64,000 nt of DNA, taken from contig CAIMOR010000248.1 in NCBI GenBank assembly GCA_903843125.1, positions 220 to 64,219 on the forward strand, given 5' to 3'. The notes below the pieces were generated by a model that was not told where the DNA came from, did no database searches, and was given only the letters and a program-made list of their open reading frames with translations. The position numbers and the translations under genes are program-made. How positions within the stretch are numbered: the stretch's first letter is position 1; every line of letters starts with the position of its first letter. Source of the DNA: an uncultured Rhodospirillales bacterium (GTDB taxonomy: Bacteria; Pseudomonadota; Alphaproteobacteria; Acetobacterales; Acetobacteraceae). Below, piece by piece: positions 16,969 to 29,989 of this stretch.

Positions 16969-17820
16969 TCAGGCGGCCCGCGCCAGGTCGTCGGGCGCCT
17001 CGCGCCGCAGTGCCTGGCGGTAGCGCTCCCGCCGCCAGCACAGCAACCGCCAGCCGCCGCGCGCCGCCAGCTCCGAGAGCTTGCCGCGCGGGTCCAGCCC
17101 GACCGCCTTGAAGATCATGCCCGTCGCGCGTTCGATGTGGCGGAACCGATAGACCGCCATGGCGCGACCCATGTAGCCGGTCAGGCAGCGTTCATGCGCG
17201 TAGTCGAGGCCAGGGTCCTCGGTGCTGCAATGGAAGGCGAAGGCCAGCTCGTCATCCTCCGTCTCGCCAACCCGCCCGGCGGCGATGCGCAGGCGCTGGA
17301 CGAAGGACAGGCTCTCCCGGTCCAGGTAGCGTTTCATATGGTCGTAGAACAGCTTGAAATGGCGGAATTCATCGGCCGCGATCAGCTTGCAGATCTGCTG
17401 CAGCACCGGCTCGTCGGTCGCCTCGGCCAGCGCCGTGTAGTAGCTGGACGTGCCGGTCTCGACGATGCAGCGGGCGATCAACTCGCCGGTCCGGCTGCCG
17501 CGGATGGAGGCATCGGCCTGCGTGTTCACCTGGAAGCCCTGGCGATAGCGCTCGAACGCGCTGGCGTAGTCCCACGCCGGGTCGGCGATGCTGGCCCAGC
17601 GGCCCAGCGCGTCGCCATGCTGGATCTCCTCCTGCGCCCATTGCTCGGCCGCAGCGCAGAAGGCGGGATCGTCGTGGAACACGCCCTGGAGGTAGCGGGC
17701 GTAATCCCCGCCATTGCGCTCCACCATCGCGGCCGCCTTTACCAACGGTACGATATCGGCGTCGATCCTCGACGTATCGACACGGTCCCAATCCACCTGC
17801 TCGATGCGCCAATGCTTCAT
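16969..17820 (-). CDS. ferritin-like di-iron protein
   Basis: Two ExxH motifs (AQEEIQHGD, AADEFRHFKLF) in a helical protein. Start taken at MKHWRIEQVDW. Confidence 0.65.
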   Translation of the reverse strand: MKHWRIEQVDWDRVDTSRIDADIVPLVKAAAMVERNGGDYARYLQGVFHDDPAFCAAAEQWAQEEIQHGDALGRWASIADPAWDYASAFERYRQGFQVNTQADASIRGSRTGELIARCIVETGTSSYYTALAEATDEPVLQQICKLIAADEFRHFKLFYDHMKRYLDRESLSFVQRLRIAAGRVGETEDDELAFAFHCSTEDPGLDYAHERCLTGYMGRAMAVYRFRHIERATGMIFKAVGLDPRGKLSELAARGGWRLLCWRRERYRQALRREAPDDLARAA

Positions 17821-18034
17821 CGCGTCCCCGTCAGGCCGGCAGGCCCGATCCCCCATGAGACGAGCCGGCGCCAGAACGCGGCCCTGCGCGATATGTTCGG
17901 CCAAAGCGCTGCCGTTTCAAGCCGCGTGGCGAGGAAGCAACAGCGAACCAGGGCAAAATCGCCACGCCGTTGCCGCTTGGCCATGACATTTTCGCGTCAG
18001 CCGCGGCCAAGTGCGGGTTGAGGCCTCGGCTGGC

Positions 18035-18454
18035 TCAGGCGGCTTCGGCAGCGTCCACGGCAGCCTTGGCCGAGAGGACGCGGATCAGCGCCGCGTCGCG
18101 CTTTTCCGGCGCGTCGGTCGCGGCGACGGTGCCCAGTGCGGTCTCGGCTTCGGCCAGCTTGCGCTCGCTGTCGGCGCGGGACAGCTGCGGCAGCGGCGTG
18201 ACCTCGTCCGCCAGGATGGTCACGCGTTCGGGCGAGACCTCGGCGAAGCCGCCGGCGACGAACAGCTTTTCGGTCTCGGCGCCGTTCTCGCGAACCCGAA
18301 TGATGCCGCCCTTGAGCGCCACGATCATCGGCGCATGCCCGGCCAGCACGCCCATCTCGCCTTCAACGGCGGGGATGGTGGCCATCTCCACCTGGCGGGA
18401 GAGCAGCAGCTTTTCCGGCGAAACCAGTTCGAGCAGGAAGGTAGCCATCGTCAA
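18035..18454 (-). CDS. atpC: F0F1 ATP synthase subunit epsilon
   Basis: FLLELVSPEKLLLSRQVEMATIPAVEGEMGVLAGHAPMI. Last gene of atpHAGDC. Confidence 0.9.
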   Translation of the reverse strand: MTMATFLLELVSPEKLLLSRQVEMATIPAVEGEMGVLAGHAPMIVALKGGIIRVRENGAETEKLFVAGGFAEVSPERVTILADEVTPLPQLSRADSERKLAEAETALGTVAATDAPEKRDAALIRVLSAKAAVDAAEAA

Positions 18455-18591
18455 AACCCCTGACTCCGCCGCGAAGCGGCGCCGCTGATGTCAGGCCCCG
18501 AACGGGGCCCGCCGGCAGTCCGGCGAAAGCCAGGCGTGCAGATGCGCACGCCCGACGTTTGAGGGTGGAAAAAGCCGCTCAGGCAATCCGC

Positions 18592-20920
<2,329 letters not shown>

Positions 20921-20948
20921 GGCGCCCGGCTCCTATGCTCCGGGGTGA

Positions 20949-22484
<1,536 letters not shown>

Positions 22485-22486
22485 GG

Positions 22487-23077
22487 TCAGGCGGCCCCCT
22501 TCATGGCGTACTGCAGGCGCTGCAGCTTGGATTTGATGCTGTTGTCGTAAAGGCGGGACCCGATGCGAACGACCAGGCCGCCAAGGATGGATTCGTCAAC
22601 ACGCTCGATCAGCTTGACGCCGGAATAGCCGGCCTCGGTCAGTCGGGCGGTGATCTGGGTGCGCTGAACATCGTTCAGCGGGTGCGCGGTGATGACGTCC
22701 GCGGTCTGCTGGCCACGGCGGGCCGAAAGGATGCGCCCGAAGGCGGCGGCAACGTCCGGCAACTTGTCCAGCCGGCGGTTGCCGATCAACACGCCGACCA
22801 GGTTGCGAACCTCGTGGCCGATGCCGGCGCGCTCCAGGATGGCGAAGGCGCCGCGCTTCTGGCTGGCGCTGTCCAGCCGCGGGTCGGCGACGAAGTAACG
22901 GAAGCCGCTGTCATTCTGCCAGAGCGCGAACAGGCTCTCCAGGTCGGCGGCGATGCGGTCCAGCGCGCCCGGGTCCGTCTGGCGCAGGTCGTCCGCCAGG
23001 CCCAGGATTGCCTGGGCATAACGATCGGCAAGCCCGCTCGGGTTGGGGGCGGCGTTTGAGATATCGGCAGAGGCCAC
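22487..23077 (-). CDS. atpH: F0F1 ATP synthase subunit delta (OSCP)
   Basis: [13 protein letters not shown] ... [24 protein letters not shown]. First gene of the operon. A GTG at 23077 gives a normal ~196 aa; the track start 23161 is probably too long. Confidence 0.85.
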   Translation of the reverse strand: MASADISNAAPNPSGLADRYAQAILGLADDLRQTDPGALDRIAADLESLFALWQNDSGFRYFVADPRLDSASQKRGAFAILERAGIGHEVRNLVGVLIGNRRLDKLPDVAAAFGRILSARRGQQTADVITAHPLNDVQRTQITARLTEAGYSGVKLIERVDESILGGLVVRIGSRLYDNSIKSKLQRLQYAMKGAA

Positions 23078-23380
23078 GTCAGTCCCGGTCCTGTTCCTTG
23101 TGGCGTACGTCCGCACGCCTTCCGACGCTTGTCCGCACGAGGTGGCGCGCCTGTACGCCATGCCGCGCGAGGGATTGGCTCTCTCAGCGGCGGCGGGGCA
23201 TTACCATAGCGTTCACACGCCCGCAACCGACGCAGGGGCAGGATTCGTGCGGGATGCTGTCTGCCAGGGCGAACCCGGCCGCGCCACGGGCGCCAGCCTG
23301 CCGGCGGGGCAGGCTTCACGCTGCGGCATCAGCGACGCGCCGGCGCCCTCACGGCGCCGGGGGCGCCATGTCCGGTGGGG

Positions 23381-24097
23381 TCAGGCCAGCACCCGGCCGG
23401 CCTGCGAATCCAGCCGGTAGCCGCCGCCTTCGGTCAGCAGCAGACGGGCATTGCCCGGGTCCGGCTCGATCTTCTGCCGCAGCCGGTAGATATGGGTCTC
23501 CAGCGTGTGCGTCGTCACCGCGCTGTTGTAGCCCCAGACCTCGTTCAGCAGGATCTGCCGGCCAACCGGCTTGCCGCCCGACCGGTACAGGTACTTCAGG
23601 ATGGCGGCTTCCTTCTCGGTCAGCCGGATCTTCTTGTTCCGCGCCCCTTCAAGCAGCAGCTTGGCGCTGGGCCGGAAGCTGTACGGCCCAATGATGAACA
23701 CCGCGTCTTCCGAGTTGTCGAACACCCGCAGCTGCGCGCGCACCCGAGCCAGCAACTCGTTCAACCGGAACGGTTTGGCGATGTAGTCATTTGCCCCGGC
23801 ATCGAGACCGCGCACCACGTCCTGCTCGGCGTCGGCGCCGGTCAGCATGATGATCGGCACCTTCAACCCGTGCTTGCGCAGGCGGCTGCAAAGGTCGCGG
23901 CCATCGCCATCGGGCAGGCCGATATCCAGCAGCACCGCGTCGTAGCGGGCGTCGGCCGCTGTCAGCATGGCCTCGGCCTCGGCCGCCGATCCCGCTTCGG
24001 CCGGTAGGAACTCTCCATCGACTTCAAGCTGTTCGGCCAATGTGGACCGCAACGCGGCGTCGTCATCCACAATCAGTAGGGGGCGCGCACCTGGCAT
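23381..24097 (-). CDS. OmpR-family DNA-binding response regulator
   Basis: REC (LLIVDDD, VLLDIGLPDGDG, DYIAKPF) plus a winged helix (IRLTEKEAAILKYLYRSGGKPVGRQILLNEVWGYNSAVTTHTLETHIYRLRQKIE). Confidence 0.9.
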   Translation of the reverse strand: MPGARPLLIVDDDAALRSTLAEQLEVDGEFLPAEAGSAAEAEAMLTAADARYDAVLLDIGLPDGDGRDLCSRLRKHGLKVPIIMLTGADAEQDVVRGLDAGANDYIAKPFRLNELLARVRAQLRVFDNSEDAVFIIGPYSFRPSAKLLLEGARNKKIRLTEKEAAILKYLYRSGGKPVGRQILLNEVWGYNSAVTTHTLETHIYRLRQKIEPDPGNARLLLTEGGGYRLDSQAGRVLA

Positions 24098-24361
24098 TCC
24101 TGTTCCCTGGCTAGCCGTAACCCTTGGGATAAGGGCCGCGAACTCGACACGTCAACGCCGAGTCCAGCGTCGCAACGGCTGGCGGCGTCCACTTCCCCTA
24201 ACATGGCACCCGTGGCTTTTCCGGGGCAAGGGCGATGAATCCCTCGTGATAACCATCGGCATGACAACGACGAGAGGCTGGATTATTCCATCCCCAGCCC
24301 TGGTCCTCCCCCTGGCAAACGCCCTCTCGACGCCACATTCGCAGTGCGGCATGGCAGAGAT

Positions 24362-25540
24362 ATGGAACGCCCCCCAATGACCCGGCTGACGGCCCCCGCG
24401 GCAAAGACAACGCCTGGCAACATGACCAGTCCGGGCCCTGACGCTCCGACGCTGGCCTTGCGCCAGGTGCATCGGGCCACCGCCGAACTGCGCCGGGGCA
24501 CGCCGGTACTGCTGCGCGACACGGCCTCGGGCGAGGCCTTGCTGCTGGCGGCCATGGAGACCGTCGGTGCCGCCAGCCTGGCCGAATTGGCCAACCTGGC
24601 CGCCGGCCCCGTGCTGCTGCTGCTGGCGCCCGCCCGCGCCGCCGCGCTGCTGCCCGCGCCGGCGGGCGACGTGGCGGAGGTTGTCGCCCTGCTGCCGGCG
24701 ACCAGCCTGCTGGACCCGGCCCTGCTGCGCGGCCTGGCCGACCCCACCGCGGAACGCCTGCTGCCGGCACCGTCCCAGCGCGTCGCCGCGCCGGGCCTCG
24801 GCGCCCTGGCGCTGAGCCTGGCCAAGCTCGGCCGGTTGCTGCCCGCGCTGGTGGCGGCGCCGGCCCCGGCGCTGGCGCCGCCTTCCCTGCTGGCGGTCGA
24901 AGCCGCCGACCTCGCGGCCTATCCGCTCGCCGTCGCCACCAGCCTGAAGCGGGTCGCCACCGCCGCGGTGCCGCTGGCGGATGCGCCGGACGCCCGGATC
25001 GTCGCGTTCCGCGCCGCCGATGGCGGCATCGAGCACCTGGCCATCCTCGTCGGCCAGCCGGAAGCGCTGGCGGCTACCGGTGGAGCCCCCCTGGCGCGGG
25101 TGCATTCGGAATGCTTCACCGGCGACCTGCTGGGCTCGCTGCGCTGCGACTGCGGCCCGCAGTTGCGTGGTGCCATCGCCCGCATGGCGGCCGAGGGCGA
25201 CGGCGTGCTGCTATACTTGGCGCAGGAGGGCCGCGGGATCGGCCTGGTGAACAAGCTGCGCGCCTACGCCCTGCAGGATACCGGGCTGGACACGCTGGAC
25301 GCCAACCGTGCCCTGGGCTGGGGCGCCGACGAACGCAACTTCCTGGTGGCCGCGACCATGCTGCGCGAGTTGCACATCCCCCGCGTGCGGCTGCTGACCA
25401 ACAACCCCGAGAAGGTCAAGGCGCTGCTGGCCTGCGGGGTGGAGGTGGATTCGCGTGAGGCGCATCAGTTCGCGCCCAACGGCGTCAATGACGGCTACCT
25501 CGAGACCAAGGCCCGCCGCTTCGGCCACCTGCTGGCGTGA
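24362..25540 (+). CDS. ribA: GTP cyclohydrolase II with a degenerate N-terminal RibB-like domain
   Basis: ARVHSECFTGDLLGSLRCDCGPQL, LYLAQEGRGIGLVNKLRAYALQDTGLDTLDAN, VRLLTNNPEKV. Start is among GTG 24344, ATG 24362 and ATG 24377. Confidence 0.9.
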   Translation: MERPPMTRLTAPAAKTTPGNMTSPGPDAPTLALRQVHRATAELRRGTPVLLRDTASGEALLLAAMETVGAASLAELANLAAGPVLLLLAPARAAALLPAPAGDVAEVVALLPATSLLDPALLRGLADPTAERLLPAPSQRVAAPGLGALALSLAKLGRLLPALVAAPAPALAPPSLLAVEAADLAAYPLAVATSLKRVATAAVPLADAPDARIVAFRAADGGIEHLAILVGQPEALAATGGAPLARVHSECFTGDLLGSLRCDCGPQLRGAIARMAAEGDGVLLYLAQEGRGIGLVNKLRAYALQDTGLDTLDANRALGWGADERNFLVAATMLRELHIPRVRLLTNNPEKVKALLACGVEVDSREAHQFAPNGVNDGYLETKARRFGHLLA

Positions 25541-25664
25541 CACGGGGGGATGGTGCCCGACCGCCGGCACCAGGACTCTCCATTCCTGAGGCGCCCGGCG
25601 GAAGCCTCCTGCTGCCCTTGAGGTCGCGCGACCCCAGGCGCGTGCCGTCTGGCGACCCCTGCCG

Positions 25665-26666
25665 CTACAGCCTGATCCCAGCCTCGCGGATCACCTCCGC
25701 CATCCGTGCCGCATGTGCCTTCACATGCGCCGTGGTCTCGGCCGGGCTGCGCGGCGGGGTGACGACGAAGCCCTGCTGGTCCAGCAGCCGCGCCAACTCC
25801 GGGCCGTTCAGCGCCGCGCGCGTGGCCTGCCACAGCCGCGCCACGATCGGCTCCGGCACGCCTGCCGGCAGGTAGAGCGTCATCTCTCCGGTGCTGTCAT
25901 AGCCGGGCAGCCCTGCCTCGGCGCAGGTTGGCACCGTGGGCAGCGCCGCCACCCGCGCCGGCGAGGACATCGCCAGCGCCACGACATGCCCGGCGCGCAG
26001 TTCCGCCTGCGCCACCGGGATGGTGCAGAACATCATGTCGACCCGCCCGGCCATCACGTCCAGCAGCGCCGGCGGATTGCCGGGATAGGGGATGTGCAGC
26101 GCCTCGATCCCCGCCATCCGGCACAGCAGCTCGCCGGAAAGATGGCCGCCCCCGCCGATGCCGAAGCTGGCATAGGTCAGCTTGCCGGGGTTGGCCTTGG
26201 CGTGGCGGATCAGCTCCGCCAGGCTGCGCGCCGGCACGCTGGGGTTGACGATCAGCACATAGGGTACGTCAGCCAGCTGCTGCACCGCCTGCAGGTCGCG
26301 GTCGGCATCGTAGGGAGGGGCCGCCATCAGGTAGCGGTTCAGCTCCACGCTGTCGCCGCCGCCCAGCAACGTGTAGCCGTCCGGGGCCGCACGGGCGACG
26401 AAGGCGGTGCCGATGCTGGTGGTACCGCCCGGACGGTTCTCCACCACCACGGTCTGGCCCAGCTGCTCGCCGAGCGCGCGGGCATAGGCGCGGTTGAGGA
26501 TGTCCACGCTGCCGCCGGGCAGATACGGCACCACCAGGCGCACGGGCCGGTCCGGCCAGCCCGCCGGCACCCCGGGCACAACTTGCGCCGAAGCCCCAGG
26601 CGCCAGTTGCGCCACGCCCGGGCCAGCGCCGAGCAGCGCCAGCGCAGCCCGCCTGCCGATGTGCAT
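25665..26666 (-). CDS. Bug-family (TctC-like) substrate-binding protein
   Basis: Signal MHIGRRAALALLGAGPGVAQLAPGASA, then WPDRPVRLVVPYLPGGSVDILNRAYARAL, VVVENRPGGTTSIG and PDGYTLL. The ATG shares one nt with the stop of the upstream dioxygenase gene (TGATG). Confidence 0.85.
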   Translation of the reverse strand: MHIGRRAALALLGAGPGVAQLAPGASAQVVPGVPAGWPDRPVRLVVPYLPGGSVDILNRAYARALGEQLGQTVVVENRPGGTTSIGTAFVARAAPDGYTLLGGGDSVELNRYLMAAPPYDADRDLQAVQQLADVPYVLIVNPSVPARSLAELIRHAKANPGKLTYASFGIGGGGHLSGELLCRMAGIEALHIPYPGNPPALLDVMAGRVDMMFCTIPVAQAELRAGHVVALAMSSPARVAALPTVPTCAEAGLPGYDSTGEMTLYLPAGVPEPIVARLWQATRAALNGPELARLLDQQGFVVTPPRSPAETTAHVKAHAARMAEVIREAGIRL

Positions 26667-27532
26667 CAAAACGGCTTGCTGCCCTGGATCTGCGTACGGT
26701 GCATGAGCCGGCGCAGGCCCTGGTCGAACTCGTCGCGCCGATGCATGACGCAGCGGTTGTCCCAGATCACCACATCGCCCTTGCGCCATTGCTGCACCCA
26801 GGTGAACGCGGGCCGCCCGGCATAGCTCCACAATTCGTCCAGCAGCGCCTGGCTCTCGGCGAAGGGCAGGCCGACGATATGCGCGTTGCGCCGCCGGCCG
26901 AGGAACAAGGACTGCCGCCCGGTCTCCGGATGCGTGCGGATCAGCGGATGCACCGCGCCCGGCTGCTCCTCCGGCGGGTAGCTTTCCTGGAACCCGGCGC
27001 GCAGTTCGCCGGCACTGTTGCGGCTGCTGTCGTGCTTGCAGGCAAGCCCGGCGATGCGCTGGCGGAGTGCGTCGGGCATGGCGTCCAGCGCCGCCTCCAT
27101 GTCGCAGAACCAGGTGTCGCCATGACCCTCCGGTACCTCGATGCCGTAGAGCACCGAGGCGTCCGGCGGCACCGGATTGTAGCTCATGTCGGTGTGCCAG
27201 ATGCTTTCGCCATTGCCCAGGCCGCCGATCGCCACGCCATCCACGATGATGTTGGAGATCACCAGCACCTCTGGCCGGGTCGGCTGGTACAGCTTGCCGG
27301 TGGTGCTGATCGGCGAGCGGTCCAGGGTGCCGAAGCGACGGGAGAAATCGGCCAGCGCGTCGTCGTCGATGTCCTGGCCGCGGATGCGCAGCACCTTGCG
27401 CGCCAGCCAGGCCTGCTTGATGGCCGCGAAGGTCGTGTCGTCGAGCCGCTGCAGATCGACGCCCTCGATGTCGGCACCGAGCGGCGCCGCGAAGGGGCGG
27501 ACGCGGATGGGGCTGGGCGCAAGTGTGGCCAT
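26666..27532 (-). CDS. TauD/TfdA-family Fe(II)/2-oxoglutarate dioxygenase
   Basis: MATLAPSPIRVRPFAAPLGADIEGVDL, WHTDMSY (His-x-Asp), GDTWFCDM, HPLIRTHPETGRQSLF, WRKGDVVIWDNRCVMHRR. Confidence 0.85.
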   Translation of the reverse strand: MATLAPSPIRVRPFAAPLGADIEGVDLQRLDDTTFAAIKQAWLARKVLRIRGQDIDDDALADFSRRFGTLDRSPISTTGKLYQPTRPEVLVISNIIVDGVAIGGLGNGESIWHTDMSYNPVPPDASVLYGIEVPEGHGDTWFCDMEAALDAMPDALRQRIAGLACKHDSSRNSAGELRAGFQESYPPEEQPGAVHPLIRTHPETGRQSLFLGRRRNAHIVGLPFAESQALLDELWSYAGRPAFTWVQQWRKGDVVIWDNRCVMHRRDEFDQGLRRLMHRTQIQGSKPF

Positions 27533-27618
27533 GGTCGATCCTCCCGTTGTTGCCGGGAAGCCTGCACCCGTCCGGGGGCGCCCGTCCAGCCCGCCGGTGG
27601 TAAGCCGGCAGCGCCGCG

Positions 27619-28119
27619 TCAGGTCACGCGGTCGAGTTCCCGCTCGTCCAGGTTGCCGGGCACGATGGTCATGGGCACCCGCAGCCGGTGGGCATAGCGC
27701 CCGGTCAGCGCCGAGATCAGTGGCCCCGGCCCCCCACTGCCGGCCGCGGCCGCCAGCACCAGGATGGAAATGCGCGGGTCCTCCTCGACCAGCGCCAGAA
27801 GTTCGTCGCGCGGGTCGCCCTCGCGGATCAGCAGGATCGGCAGGCCGCCGGTGATCTCCTGCACCCGGGTCGCCAGGCCGGTCAGCATCTTCTCGGCTTC
27901 GTCGCGGGCCTCCTCGGCCATCATGGCGCCGACCCCGGCCCACTCCACCTGGCCCAGCGGCTCGATCACCCGCAGCAGGGCCACCCGGCCACCGCCCTTG
28001 CGGGCCCGCAGCGCGGCGTAGCGCAAAGAGATCTCGCGCTCCGGGCTGTCATCCACCACCACCAGGAACACGCGGTCCCGCTTGCCCGGCGCGGCGGCCT
28101 TTTCCTCGGTATCGGGCAT
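27619..28119 (-). CDS. universal stress protein (UspA family)
   Basis: 166 aa: VFLVVVDDSPE, ILVLAAAAGSGGPGPLISALTG, VPMTIVPG. The ATG shares one nt with the upstream stop. Confidence 0.75.
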   Translation of the reverse strand: MPDTEEKAAAPGKRDRVFLVVVDDSPEREISLRYAALRARKGGGRVALLRVIEPLGQVEWAGVGAMMAEEARDEAEKMLTGLATRVQEITGGLPILLIREGDPRDELLALVEEDPRISILVLAAAAGSGGPGPLISALTGRYAHRLRVPMTIVPGNLDERELDRVT

Positions 28120-28973
28120 CAATCCCTCCGGAACAACACGCTGCCCAGCCAACCCGCCAGGGCGGCCAGCATGATGCAGACCAGACCGTAGAAGAAAGCA
28201 TGGTCTTCGGCGACATCGGCGATGCGGTCGGCGGTGCCGACCCGTTCCACCCGGAAGCTCATCTCCGCGCGGGCCGCGATCTGCCGCGAGCGCACCAGCA
28301 GCACCTCCACGCGGTAGTCCCCGGTGGGCACGGTGGCTGGCAGCGGTACGGCGATGTTGAACAGTCGGCCGCCGCGTATTTCCACCGGCGCCGCATCCTC
28401 CAACCACAGGCCGCTGGACTTCTCCAGTTCCAGCAGCGCGGCGCGGAATGCTGGGGACCGGCTGCCGGTGGAGGTCAGCGGCAGTGCGTCCAGCCCCAGC
28501 CCGTTCTCCTGCCGCGCCGCTTCCGGCAGCAACTGCCAGGCCGGCCTGGTGCCGGCGATGGCGTAGAAGCCCGGCACTTGGTTGAACCGCGCCGACGGCC
28601 CGTTGATCCAGAACAGCAGCGCCTTGATCTTGCGCCGCACCACCAGCGGCCGGGTTGGGCCGCGCGCCACCACCAGGATCTCGTCGCCGCCGGGGCCGAT
28701 CGGCTGGTCGGTGCTGCCGAAGACCATGATCGCCTCGCCGGTGAAGGCGGTGCTGATGCGGACTTCCTGCGTCGACAGCGCCGCCACCAATGGCTGGTCC
28801 TGCGCCTGGGCCGGGGCGGCCAGCAGCAGGGCAAGCAGCAGCGCGATGGCAGTGTGCGGCTGACCCAGACGAGCCGAAAGGCCCGAGAGCGTGAATGCGC
28901 GACGCGGGCTGCTGCGCGCGCAAGGCAAGCCGGCCAGCGCCGTCGCCCGGCGCTTGAGGGGAGAGAGAGCCAT
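28119..28973 (-). CDS. TIGR02186 (Alph_Pro_TM) family membrane protein
   Basis: Signal peptide plus a C-terminal TM helix (FFYGLVCIMLAALAGWLGSVLFRRD). STQEVRISTAFTGEAIMVFG and its usual pairing with a TauE/SafE gene match what I recall of this alphaproteobacterial family. Confidence 0.7.
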   Translation of the reverse strand: MALSPLKRRATALAGLPCARSSPRRAFTLSGLSARLGQPHTAIALLLALLLAAPAQAQDQPLVAALSTQEVRISTAFTGEAIMVFGSTDQPIGPGGDEILVVARGPTRPLVVRRKIKALLFWINGPSARFNQVPGFYAIAGTRPAWQLLPEAARQENGLGLDALPLTSTGSRSPAFRAALLELEKSSGLWLEDAAPVEIRGGRLFNIAVPLPATVPTGDYRVEVLLVRSRQIAARAEMSFRVERVGTADRIADVAEDHAFFYGLVCIMLAALAGWLGSVLFRRD

Positions 28974-28984
28974 CGGCCCTGCCC

Positions 28985-29893
28985 TCACAGGGCTGGCCCT
29001 ATCGCGAACAACGAATCCGGCCGCCGCACCAGGCCCCACAGCAGGCTAAGCGCCACCGAAAGCACCAGGGCGCCCAGCAGCGCCCGGGTTTCCTCGCCGC
29101 GCAGCTTGGTGCCCATCCGCGCGCCGAACTGGGCACCGATCACGCCGCCCAGCAGCAGCAGCAGGGTCAGCACGATATCGACGCTGCCGACCTGCACCGC
29201 CTGCAGGAGCGTCACGTTGGCGGTGACGAAGACCACCTGGAACAGGCTGGTGCCGATCACCACCGCCGTCGGCATGCCCAGCAGGTAGATCATCACCGGC
29301 ACCAGCATGAAGCCGCCACCGACACCCATGATGGCGGACAGCACGCCGATGGCGAAACCGGCCAGCGCGGGCGGGATGACACTGATGTAGAGGCGGCTTT
29401 TGCGGAACCGCATCTTCAGCGGCAGCCCGTGCATCCAGAAATGCTCGTGCAGCCGGCGGCGCACCGCGCCGCGCCGGCGCAGGATGGCGCGGACGCTCTC
29501 CATCACCATCAACCCGCCGACGGTACCGAGCACCACGACGTAGAAGATCGACACCGCAAGATCGACCTGACCCACCCGCCGCAGCAGCGCGAACAACTGC
29601 ACCCCGGCCAGCGAGCCGACGAAGCCGCCGGCGGTCAACACGCCGCCCATCTTCGGGTCCACATTGCCGCGCCGCCACTGCGCCATCAGGCCGGAAACCG
29701 AGGCGCCCAGCGTCTGGTTGGCGCCGGAGGCGACGGCGACGGGGGCGGGGATGCCGATCAGGATCAGGGCCGGGGTCAGCAGGAAGCCGCCGCCCACGCC
29801 GAACAACCCGGACAGCCAGCCGACCAGGAAGCCGATGCCGACCAGCAGCACGGCATCCACGGACATTCCGGCGATGGGCAGGTATACCTGCAT
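28985..29893 (-). CDS. TauE/SafE (DUF81) family anion exporter
   Basis: Polytopic protein with the twice-repeated motif GxxxGLFGVGGGFLLTP / GVLSAIMGVGGGFMLVP. Confidence 0.85.
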   Translation of the reverse strand: MQVYLPIAGMSVDAVLLVGIGFLVGWLSGLFGVGGGFLLTPALILIGIPAPVAVASGANQTLGASVSGLMAQWRRGNVDPKMGGVLTAGGFVGSLAGVQLFALLRRVGQVDLAVSIFYVVVLGTVGGLMVMESVRAILRRRGAVRRRLHEHFWMHGLPLKMRFRKSRLYISVIPPALAGFAIGVLSAIMGVGGGFMLVPVMIYLLGMPTAVVIGTSLFQVVFVTANVTLLQAVQVGSVDIVLTLLLLLGGVIGAQFGARMGTKLRGEETRALLGALVLSVALSLLWGLVRRPDSLFAIGPAL

Positions 29894-29989
29894 CGCTGCT
29901 ATTGCTTCCAAAAGAGGCGGCGGGCGCGCGGCGGTTGTTTGAACCGGGTGGCAAGGGGGCGCAAGGGCGATTCCGCCGCGGCGGATCGC

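Noticed and set aside
18455-18591. 137-nt atpD-atpC spacer with several GC hairpins (GGCCCCGAACGGGGCC at 18494-18509; GGCGTGC...GCACGCC at 18533-18552).
   Set aside because: Intercistronic stem-loops of this kind are common in atp operons and in GC-rich genomes generally. There is no ORF, no tRNA-like fold, and no repeat of the element elsewhere in the window.
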